A DNA stretch of 64,000 nt. Origin: an uncultured Candidatus Saccharibacteria bacterium (GTDB taxonomy: Bacteria > Patescibacteriota > Minisyncoccia > Minisyncoccales > JANBVM01). The notes under the pieces were generated by a model. That model saw nothing but the letters and a program-made list of their open reading frames with translations, was not told the DNA's origin and ran no database searches. This document shows, one piece after another, positions 17,897-25,349 of this stretch. Made by a program: the position numbers and the translations under genes. The stretch's first letter is position 1, and each line of letters opens with the position of its first letter. The stretch spans positions 3,832-67,831 of the forward strand of contig CAZBMQ010000005.1 of the NCBI GenBank assembly GCA_964493485.1. Reading direction: 5' to 3'.

Positions 17897-18618
17897 AGCA
17901 AGCCCCATAAAGCCATAAATAGAGCTCTCAGCAAATAAACCACGAGAGGGTTTTCTATTAAGAAACCTTCTTGTTTTTTTGGATTAATAAAAATAGCGCT
18001 GTCAAAGAGAATCAATGTGCCCTTTAGATCGAGTGTAGGAGAAAATTTTCTTTCCACTTCCGGCATTTTAGATTTTATCTTCAACTTCTGAGAATAAATC
18101 TCTTTAACCCTTAATTCTCCTAATCTCTTTTTAATTTTCTCATAAATCTCTTCTTGTTTTTTCAACTCTTTCTTGGTTATCTTTGAAGACAACACCAAAA
18201 TCTCTGAATAGTGAGTAAAAGAAAAAGTTTCTTCTAATACCTTTAATCCTTCTTTTCCCTTGTATATCTTTATTTCTCCTCTTTCTTTTGAATATCTTGC
18301 TTCTAGGGCTGCGATGATTCTAATAAACTCTCTTTCTTTTTCTTCAATCTCTCGTTTTTTTATCCTCAAAATCCCTAAAATCTTATCAGGAGATTCAGCA
18401 ACAAAATATCTTTTTTTATCTTCTCTTATCTCAGTAAACAATCCTCTTTTTTCTAATCTTTTTATTATCTCGTATGTTGTAGCCCTGGGAATATCTGCAG
18501 TCTTTGCAATATTTTGAACAGAAGTAGGGCCTAATTCTAAACCGGTTAGATATACTATTACTTCTCTTTCTGTCAAACCTAATTTTCTCAATTCTAGTTT
18601 TATTGGCAGTGTCTCCAT
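17893..18618 (-). CDS. TrmB-family transcriptional regulator
   Basis: LGLTEREVIVYLTGLELGPTSVQNIAKTADIPRATTYEIIKRLEKRGLF is a typical TrmB wHTH. The start is set at ATG 18618 (METLPIK). Confidence 0.7.
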   Translation of the reverse strand: METLPIKLELRKLGLTEREVIVYLTGLELGPTSVQNIAKTADIPRATTYEIIKRLEKRGLFTEIREDKKRYFVAESPDKILGILRIKKREIEEKEREFIRIIAALEARYSKERGEIKIYKGKEGLKVLEETFSFTHYSEILVLSSKITKKELKKQEEIYEKIKKRLGELRVKEIYSQKLKIKSKMPEVERKFSPTLDLKGTLILFDSAIFINPKKQEGFLIENPLVVYLLRALFMALWGLL

Positions 18619-18720
18619 ATTTCCAAATAATATATTATACAGCGTTATTATTTTATCATATCTCAATAAAAAGCAAAAGCAAAACTAATTTTCTCTGTTT
18701 ATTGTGGTAAAATAAAATAT

Positions 18721-19269
18721 ATGGCAACAGAAATTGAACTCAGGGGACCATTAACAAAAACTGAATTCCAAAGGGTTTTTAGCTTTCTAAAAAAGAAGGG
18801 AAGATTTATTAAAAAAATAAAAAGAAAAACCTTTGTGTATTATTTTCCAAACAAAAAGCTGGATATTAGAATAAGAATTACAAATGGTTTTTCAGAAATT
18901 GTTGTTAAAGAAGGAGTTTGGAGCTCAAGAAAAAGACAAGAGGTAATATTCCCAATTAATTCAAAGTCCGTCAAAAAAGCTCAAAAATTCCTGGCAGCTC
19001 TTGGGTATACAAAAGGCGGAATCGCTCTTAGGGAAAGTTATATATTTAAATTTAAATATGTAGAATTTGCATTAGTGAAATGCCCCAAAGGTTATTATTT
19101 TTATGAAGCCGAATTCATAAAAAATAAAAAAATTGTAAACCCTGAAAAATATATATTAGATATTCTAAATTCTCTAAATCTCAAGGTCTGGTCTGAAAAA
19201 GAAGTAATTAAATTTTTTATGTTCTGTAAGAAAAGAATTGATAAACCTTTTAGAATAAATAAAATATGA
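18721..19269 (+). CDS. CYTH-like (triphosphate tunnel) domain protein
   Basis: The N-terminal EIELRG resembles the CYTH ExExK signature, followed by alternating beta-strand-like basic/acidic pattern. The assignment is weak. Confidence 0.4.
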   Translation: MATEIELRGPLTKTEFQRVFSFLKKKGRFIKKIKRKTFVYYFPNKKLDIRIRITNGFSEIVVKEGVWSSRKRQEVIFPINSKSVKKAQKFLAALGYTKGGIALRESYIFKFKYVEFALVKCPKGYYFYEAEFIKNKKIVNPEKYILDILNSLNLKVWSEKEVIKFFMFCKKRIDKPFRINKI

Positions 19270-20015
19270 ACACTTTGTATTCTCAGTGGAAAAAAGAAGA
19301 ACAAGCACCTTTTTCTGGCTGGGATTTCTCATATATTAAAAAAAGAATTAAAAAAGAACATCCTTCCTGGAATTATAAAAAAAGGGCAAGGGCTTTAATA
19401 AAAAAGGCAGAATCTGTATTGGATATGGGAACAGGAGGAGGGGAATTTTTCTCCACCCTTGCTCCTTTTCCAAAACACACAATAGCTACTGAAACCTGGC
19501 CTCCTAATGTGCCTATAGCAAAAAAGAGGTTAAAACCCTTAGGTGTTGAAGTCATCAAAATAAACAGCCAAAAAAGACTGCCTTTTCATGATGAAGAATT
19601 CGATTTAGTACTAAATCATCATAGTGCTTATGATGCAACAGAAGTATTTAGAATAACTAAAAAAGGCGGTGTCTTTCTTACCCAGCAAGTGGCTGGGGAC
19701 AACCTGAAAGATTTAAAAAAAGAATTCAATGCAAAGCCAAAATTTAAAAATTGGAAACTCAAAAAAGCAAAAAGGGAATTAGAAAATGTTGGATTCAAGA
19801 TAAAAGAAGCTAAAAAATGGTCAGGAAAAATAGAATTTAAGGATGTAGGTGCTATTGTGTATTATTTAAAAGCCATACCGTGGCTTGTTGAAAATTTCAG
19901 TGTAGATAATCATCTTTCTGTGCTAAAAAAACTTCAAAAGAGAATAGATAAAGGAGAGAAATTAATCTTTACAGAAACCAGATTCTTCATCTTAGCTGAA
20001 AAAATTAATTCTTGA
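19266..20015 (+). CDS. Class I SAM-dependent methyltransferase
   Basis: Motif I VLDMGTGGGEF. 249 aa. It overlaps the upstream gene by 4 nt. Confidence 0.7.
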   Translation: MNTLYSQWKKEEQAPFSGWDFSYIKKRIKKEHPSWNYKKRARALIKKAESVLDMGTGGGEFFSTLAPFPKHTIATETWPPNVPIAKKRLKPLGVEVIKINSQKRLPFHDEEFDLVLNHHSAYDATEVFRITKKGGVFLTQQVAGDNLKDLKKEFNAKPKFKNWKLKKAKRELENVGFKIKEAKKWSGKIEFKDVGAIVYYLKAIPWLVENFSVDNHLSVLKKLQKRIDKGEKLIFTETRFFILAEKINS

Positions 20016-20040
20016 CAGAAAATTGTTTTAGATATATGAT
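20012..20040 (+). promoter_or_regulatory. Sigma70-type promoter of a short orphan transcription unit
   Basis: TTGACA 20012-20017, a 17-nt spacer, then TATGAT 20035-20040. Confidence 0.6.
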
Positions 20041-20052
20041 AAAATCATAATT

Positions 20053-20136
20053 ATGAAATATGCAGTTTCTCAAAACTACCATTCTAAAGAACCACAGGAT
20101 TATTGCTGTTGGCGGTTTTGTGATGACAATAAATAA
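20053..20136 (+). CDS. Candidate 27-aa Cys-rich micro-protein (MKYAVSQNYHSKEPQDYCCWRFCDDNK)
   Basis: This is the only ATG-initiated ORF between the promoter at 20012 and the terminator at 20164. No SD is visible, so it would be nearly leaderless. It could instead be a non-coding sRNA. Confidence 0.3.
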   Translation: MKYAVSQNYHSKEPQDYCCWRFCDDNK

Positions 20137-20163
20137 GAATAAATATATTCCTAAAAACCAAAA

Positions 20164-20186
20164 CCAGCCGACAGCGGCTGGTTTTT
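20164..20186 (+). terminator. Intrinsic terminator
   Basis: CCAGCCG-ACAG-CGGCTGG followed by TTTTT. Confidence 0.75.
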
Positions 20187-20212
20187 AAGTAGAATATAAC
20201 TTTATAGAAACT

Positions 20213-20779
20213 ATGAAGAACAACTCTATAACAACAAAAAGAAAACTTCAAATAGGAGTAATGGGTTCTGCGGCAGATCTCAAATACAACAAAAAACTTG
20301 AAAAACAAGCAGAAGAATTAGGCTATTGGGTTGCTAAAATGGGAGCTATATTGATTTTTGGAGCAGAAAAAGATTATGATTCTTTGTCTACAGCAGCTTG
20401 CAGAGGAGCAAAAAAAGCAAATGGCCTTACTATAGGAATAACCTATGGAAAAGGTTTAAATATATATGAAAGGAATGCAGACGTAATCATTGGTACTGGC
20501 ATTGAAAGAGGAGGAGGTCGTGAGTTTGTATTGGTTAATAGTTGCGATGCTATTATTGCCTTAAGTGGAGGTTCAGGCACCTTAACTGAAATTGCCATTG
20601 CTTACCAGTCGAATATCCCGGTTATTGTGTTGAAAAACACCGGAGGCTGGAGTCAAAGATTGGCTAATCAATACCTAGATAGCAGAAAGAGAATAAAGAT
20701 AAAGGTTGCAAATACTCCAAAAGAAGCTGTTGAACTGGCTATTAAATTGTCTAATAAAAGAAATGAAAAAAGAAAATAA
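20213..20779 (+). CDS. LOG/TIGR00725-like Rossmann-fold nucleotide-binding protein
   Basis: IGVMGSA..., GAILIFGAE, and ALSGGSGTLTEIAIAY follow the LOG-family pattern. Confidence 0.65.
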   Translation: MKNNSITTKRKLQIGVMGSAADLKYNKKLEKQAEELGYWVAKMGAILIFGAEKDYDSLSTAACRGAKKANGLTIGITYGKGLNIYERNADVIIGTGIERGGGREFVLVNSCDAIIALSGGSGTLTEIAIAYQSNIPVIVLKNTGGWSQRLANQYLDSRKRIKIKVANTPKEAVELAIKLSNKRNEKRK

Positions 20780-21225
20780 GGTTACAATTCTTTCAACATT
20801 TGCAAAAGACATTCTTGTTAAAGAAACAGGAGAAATTATATCTGAACAAAAGGGCGGTCCTGCTTTTTTTCTATTAAAAGCCTTTGAATTGGAAAGTGCC
20901 AGAAAAAACTGCTGAATCAATTTTTTGCTTAAAAGCTACGGAAAAAGAAACAAAATACTTACCTAAATCCTTCATAAACTCTCAAAAACAAAAAGTTTTA
21001 TTAATCACTAAAGGAAAATCTGGTTGCGAAATATATGGATTTGGAAAAAAGAAATCCATAAAACCATCTATGATAGTAAAAAGTCCTGACACAATTGGAG
21101 CGGGGGATTATTTCTTTGCAAATTTCCTAATCAATTTCATTAAAACCCAAAATCCATTCATTAGTGCAGAGTCTGCAGTAGAGAATATAATAAAATTTTT
21201 ATTATCTAAAAAATATGAAAAATAA
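20763..21225 (+). pseudogene. Eroded PfkB/ribokinase-family kinase (N- and C-terminal fragments only, in two frames)
   Basis: Frame A (20763-20915) carries the N-terminal GGPAFF motif. Frame B (20884-21225) carries VLLITKGKSG and the C-terminal DTIGAGDYFFANFL anion-hole motif. The combined ~150 aa compares with ~300 aa for intact family members. Confidence 0.5.
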
Positions 21226-21943
21226 AATCCTTTTTTTAACAGCAACCCATGGTGATGAAAGACTTGGATATAAAGCTCTCAAAAAATTAGAAAAAGAATA
21301 TCCGAGAAAGCTCCATTGGGTTGTAGGAAATGAAAAAGCATTGAAACTTAAAACAAGGTTTGTTGATATGGACTTAAACAGAGCAGCTCCGGGGAAAAAA
21401 GAAGCAAAAGAATACGAACGACGAAGAGCTTATGAATTGATTGAAATTTCTAAAAAATATCATTATGTAATCGACATCCATGATACCAAGGCTGATACTG
21501 GTATTTTTACCATAGTTTCAAATCCCAAATTAATCAATTTATCTCTCGCCTCTGTATTACCTATAAAGAATGTAGTTATATGGGCTGCAGAAAAATCGAA
21601 AGTTTCAGGTCCTCTCGCTCAATTTATGAATTGCGGAATTGGAATTGAATGCGGTCCTAGAAATTCAAAAAAAATTCAAAAAAAGCTGTACAGCATCTTG
21701 AAATTTATAATCAGTAAAGAGGACCTCTTTTCAATAAAATCTATCAGCCCCAAAAATTACTTTCAGGTTTATGGAAAAATAAATAAAGATGAAATCACAT
21801 CTGATCAATCTAAAAGAATAAAAGATTTTAAAAAAACAGAAATAAATGGAGAAATATTTTATCCTCTTTTGGTAGGGGAATATAAAAATATTTTGTGTTA
21901 TAAAATGAAAAAAATAAATTTCTGGGACAAGTTTTCTTATTAA
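21215..21943 (+). CDS. Succinylglutamate desuccinylase/aspartoacylase-family (M14-like) zinc hydrolase
   Basis: LFLTATHGDERLG (the H..E zinc motif near the N-terminus), DLNR, and a later H (IDIHD). 242 aa. Confidence 0.5.
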   Translation: MKNKILFLTATHGDERLGYKALKKLEKEYPRKLHWVVGNEKALKLKTRFVDMDLNRAAPGKKEAKEYERRRAYELIEISKKYHYVIDIHDTKADTGIFTIVSNPKLINLSLASVLPIKNVVIWAAEKSKVSGPLAQFMNCGIGIECGPRNSKKIQKKLYSILKFIISKEDLFSIKSISPKNYFQVYGKINKDEITSDQSKRIKDFKKTEINGEIFYPLLVGEYKNILCYKMKKINFWDKFSY

Positions 21944-21964
21944 AAAGAAATTATTTGCCTTTCT

Positions 21965-22558
21965 ATGAACTACCCAAAGATAATTTTTAAGTATTCTTGG
22001 ATTTATGACCAAAACTGGAAAGAATGGATAAAACTATATAGTAAAAAGAAGAAAAAATACCCATCTATAAAAAAGATTTTGAATTATATAGAAAAAATAG
22101 AGAAATTGTGGAAAAAAGAAGAGAAAAAAGTTCTTACAGAGCTTTCAAGAATCAGCCATATAAAATGGAAAGAAAAGTCTATCATCTGCTATGTAGTAGG
22201 AAGATGCAGACCGTTTTCTTGTCCTTTGACAATGCCTGTTTATGAAAAATATCCAGATTATTTTATTGATGTATTGATACACGAACTAATTCACAATCTT
22301 TTTATGCAAGATTATGAAAAAATTGAAAAAGCATGGAAATACTTCCAGAGAAAGTATAAAAGTGAATCCATAACAACAAGATGTCATATCGTTTTGCACG
22401 CACTACACTCGCATATTTATTTGAAATTCTATGGAAAGAAAAGATTAAAAAGAGATATCAAAGCCCTCCCGATTCAAGATTATAGAAAGTCTTGGGAGAT
22501 TGTCCAAAAACAAGGATATCAAAATATTATCAATGAGTTTGTGGAAAGAATAGAATAA
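21965..22558 (+). CDS. Hypothetical protein with HExxH motif
   Basis: LIHELIHNLF suggests a putative metallopeptidase-like site. I recognised no family. Confidence 0.45.
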   Translation: MNYPKIIFKYSWIYDQNWKEWIKLYSKKKKKYPSIKKILNYIEKIEKLWKKEEKKVLTELSRISHIKWKEKSIICYVVGRCRPFSCPLTMPVYEKYPDYFIDVLIHELIHNLFMQDYEKIEKAWKYFQRKYKSESITTRCHIVLHALHSHIYLKFYGKKRLKRDIKALPIQDYRKSWEIVQKQGYQNIINEFVERIE

Positions 22559-22646
22559 TTCTCTAAAAAGTTATAAACCTATTAAAGGACTTGACAAGAT
22601 TTTTGTTTAGTATTATTGATTAAATAGAACTTAAAAGAATAAAGCG

Positions 22647-22718
22647 GCCGGCGTAGCTTAGTAGAAGAGCAACGGTCTCCAGAACCGTAGGTCACGGGTT
22701 CAAATCCCGTCGCCGGCG
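22647..22718 (+). tRNA. tRNA-Trp (anticodon CCA), discriminator G, no encoded CCA
   Basis: Acceptor stem GCCGGCG/CGCCGGC, D arm GCTT-AGTAGAA-GAGC, and anticodon arm ACGGT-CTCCAGA-ACCGT. The T arm is ACGGG-TTCAAAT-CCCGT. 72 nt. Confidence 0.85.
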
Positions 22719-22773
22719 CTTTTATCTTTTTAAGTTTGAGTTCATTAAAAAATAAATACTGAATTAGAGGTGA

Positions 22774-23811
22774 ATGGTCGTGACAATCAAAAGAATATTA
22801 ACTGGAATAAGACCAACAGGTCCTTTGCATCTAGGCCATTATGTAGGAGCACTTAAACAATGGGTAAGCCTTCAGGAAGAATATGAGTGTTTCTTTCTAA
22901 TAGCAGACATTCAAGCGTTAACTACTCATATCGATCAACCAAAACTAATAGAAGAATCAGTCAAAGAAGTTATATTAGATTTTATTGCTGTGGGGCTCGA
23001 TCCTGAAAGAGATAACGTGTACTTTGTTCTTCAGAGTGCAATTCCAGAATTAACCGAACTTACCACATACTTTACGATGTTGGTTCCTTTTTCGGAAATG
23101 GAAAAAAATCCTACTATTAAAGCGGAGAGAAAACAACTTAACTCCTCGCCTACAGCAGGTTTCATGATATATCCTATCAGCCAAGCAGCAGATATCCTTC
23201 TCTTTGTCCCTTATCCTTCTGAAAAAAATGATGAATTATTAGTTCCAGTCGGAGAAGATCAAGTTCCTCATCTCGAACAAACAAATAAAATAGCACGAAG
23301 GTTTAATCGTCGATATGGTAAAATTTTTATAGAATGTACTCCAAAAATTGGAGAAATAGGGAAACTTCCAGGAACCGATGGAAAGGCTAAAATGAGCAAA
23401 TCATTAGGGAATGCAATTCTTTTAAAAGATAACTCAGAGACCGTTAAGAAAAAAGTGATGAAAATGTTTACAGATCCTCTTAAAGCTAGAAGATATGATG
23501 AAGGTCATCCTGAAGAATGTCCGGTATATCTTTATCATAAAGCTTTTGGAGATCAAAATACTATTTATAGTCGTGCTGCTCGCTGTCGTTCTGGTGTATT
23601 AGGTTGTGTCGATTGTAAAAAAGATCTAATAGAAGCACTTAATAAATTCCTAGATCCAATCCGAACTCGAAGAAAAAATGCGGAAAAAGCTCCTCTTGGA
23701 AAATATCTTGAAAAAGGAATTAAAAAAGCCAGAGAAGTAGGAAAAAACACCATCTTGGCCGTAAGAAAAGCTATGCACCTTAATTATACTAGTCTCTACG
23801 GAGGTGATTGA
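22774..23811 (+). CDS. trpS: Tryptophan--tRNA ligase
   Basis: The RILTGIRPTGPLHLGHYVGAL (HIGH-type) and KMSKS motifs are present. The start could instead be GTG 22780, which has better spacing from GAGGTG. Confidence 0.9.
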   Translation: MVVTIKRILTGIRPTGPLHLGHYVGALKQWVSLQEEYECFFLIADIQALTTHIDQPKLIEESVKEVILDFIAVGLDPERDNVYFVLQSAIPELTELTTYFTMLVPFSEMEKNPTIKAERKQLNSSPTAGFMIYPISQAADILLFVPYPSEKNDELLVPVGEDQVPHLEQTNKIARRFNRRYGKIFIECTPKIGEIGKLPGTDGKAKMSKSLGNAILLKDNSETVKKKVMKMFTDPLKARRYDEGHPEECPVYLYHKAFGDQNTIYSRAARCRSGVLGCVDCKKDLIEALNKFLDPIRTRRKNAEKAPLGKYLEKGIKKAREVGKNTILAVRKAMHLNYTSLYGGD

Positions 23812-23812
23812 A

Positions 23813-24829
23813 ATGGAAAATAAGAAAAAAATTTCAGGTTGGACAAAATCAATTTTTTTAGCGTCTATTATGGCGGCTATTTTTCGAGCATTATATCTTG
23901 CAAACGATACTTTTATAATGCATCAAATAATTGTCTCCGCAGATCTGTTCACAGCTGTATCTGTATATCTGATTATAGGAGGATGGATAGGTACTTTCTG
24001 CACCCTTATCTATAACTCTTTCTTAGGAAAATGGTTAGATAAGGAATATCCTGGCTTTAATTTTGGTACAAAAAAAATGCAGCTCTTTGCAGCAATTTCC
24101 GGAATCATCGCGGCAGGCTCCACCACTTTCTGTCTTATTGGTAATCAATCATTGGATCCGAGTTTAGTGATATCGCTGTCTAATCTTTCTATTCTTTATC
24201 TTGCAATTTACGATGGAATTCGCGGCAGTATCTCTATAAAAAAATTCTGGTTCCCAGCCCTCATCGTAATCCTAGGTTCAATCTTTGCCTCAACAACAAA
24301 AATTACAGGAGGCCTTCAGGTTACTCTGTTAGGAATTTTAATTCTACTTATAGGACAGTGCGGTACAGATGCTCTAGAAAAAATTATCAGACAAAGAGGG
24401 GTATGGAATTCAGACGCAGTTACTTTTACTTTCTGGCGATTCCTTTGGTTAAGTGTTTCTGGGACAATCTTTGTAATAGTAATATCTCTCCTCAGAGGTA
24501 CTTTTTATACTCTTCTAGAACTATTGATTTTCATTTTCCTACCAGCTTTTCCATGGATTTTATTAACAATGCTATTCGTTTTCTTCTTTAACACTCTTTT
24601 CCAAAAAGCAATAAAAAATGGAACAGTAAGCAAAGTTTCTTTGATTCTCAATATCTCAATTATCTTAGGAATCCCTATTGCTCTGTTTGGTGATTGGCTA
24701 AAGCCAGGTATATTCGGAGAAGTACCATCTGACTTTCTCACTTGGATTGTACGGACTCTTGGAATTATTTTGATTATCTCTGGAATTATCTTAATAAACA
24801 AAAAGAAAGAGTCTTCTCTTAATAAATAA
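23813..24829 (+). CDS. Polytopic (about 10 TM) membrane protein, possible DMT-like transporter
   Basis: ATG 23813 is preceded by GGAGGTGA. The sequence is hydrophobic throughout, and substrate is unknown. Confidence 0.6.
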   Translation: MENKKKISGWTKSIFLASIMAAIFRALYLANDTFIMHQIIVSADLFTAVSVYLIIGGWIGTFCTLIYNSFLGKWLDKEYPGFNFGTKKMQLFAAISGIIAAGSTTFCLIGNQSLDPSLVISLSNLSILYLAIYDGIRGSISIKKFWFPALIVILGSIFASTTKITGGLQVTLLGILILLIGQCGTDALEKIIRQRGVWNSDAVTFTFWRFLWLSVSGTIFVIVISLLRGTFYTLLELLIFIFLPAFPWILLTMLFVFFFNTLFQKAIKNGTVSKVSLILNISIILGIPIALFGDWLKPGIFGEVPSDFLTWIVRTLGIILIISGIILINKKKESSLNK

Positions 24830-24834
24830 TTTTA

Positions 24835-24869
24835 ACCCGAGAATAAATTACTTTTTCGGGTATTTTTTT
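24835..24869 (+). terminator. Intrinsic terminator after the membrane-protein gene
   Basis: ACCCGA (24835-24840) pairs with TCGGGT (24856-24861) and is followed by ATTTTTTT. Confidence 0.55.
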
Positions 24870-24923
24870 AACCTTGTAGGAAGTATTTATAAGGGCCTTA
24901 AAACAGAAGTGTTATTCAAAAAC

Positions 24924-24952
24924 TTGACAAGTTTTTTTGAATTCGTTATACT
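24924..24952 (+). promoter_or_regulatory. Near-consensus sigma70 promoter of the T-box leader
   Basis: TTGACA 24924-24929, a 17-nt spacer, then TATACT 24947-24952. Confidence 0.7.
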
Positions 24953-24958
24953 AATAAA

Positions 24959-25302
24959 GAGTTAGAAAGTTAAAAACTGTAAAATCTATAGTTAGGTCCC
25001 GGGATATTTATAATATACCGGGGTTGGGCCTAACTTTCTTCAGTTTTAAAAACTGGGGAGGATGGTCTTTGCGCTAGTGAAGACCCGGCAGCCCCCGTAA
25101 CCATGGGCTAACTGATGCTGGATCCTATTCTACATCTTATAGGATACAAAGTCAGTAAAAGTGATCTTGAATTCGTTTTACTGACGAATTTTTTAAGTTC
25201 GTTAGTAAAAACTTTCAAGATAAAAAAGGTGGCACCGCGGGAGAAACCTCTCGTCCTTTTGTCTAATCTTACTATGTTTAGACTAAAAGACGAGGGGTTT
25301 TT
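24959..25302 (+). promoter_or_regulatory. T-box riboswitch leader (probable Trp specificity)
   Basis: The canonical T-box core AAGGUGGCACCGCGGG is at 25227-25242. The terminator arms at 25247-25266 and 25278-25297 are followed by a U-run, and the 5' arm can alternatively pair with the T-box. UGGC at 25230-25233 matches the GCCA end of the G-discriminator tRNA-Trp. Stem I and the specifier are not confidently resolved. Confidence 0.8.
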
Positions 25303-25349
25303 ATTAACTTTTCGATAGTTTGTTCTTTAACAAAAAAAAGGTGAAAAGT

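Noticed and set aside
20084-20308. 74-aa minus-strand ORF
   Set aside because: It spans the terminator hairpin and the start of the LOG-like gene on the opposite strand, and it has no translation signals. The region is better explained by the plus-strand promoter, sORF and terminator unit.
22647-22718. tRNA-Trp as an integration site for a genomic island bounded by the Xer-type recombinases
   Set aside because: The recombinase genes are 30 kb away, with housekeeping genes (aaRS, dcw cluster) in between. I found no direct repeat of the tRNA 3' end.
23809-23811. Alternative genetic code (UGA recoding, as in some candidate phyla)
   Set aside because: TGA terminates well-conserved full-length genes exactly where expected, for example trpS at 23809-23811 and mtnP at 5509-5511. 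Conserved ORFs contain no in-frame TGA, so the standard code 11 fits.
25115-25318. 67-aa plus-strand ORF in the ORF track
   Set aside because: It lies entirely inside the T-box leader and reads straight through the T-box core and the terminator hairpin. It has no SD, so it is an RNA element rather than a gene.
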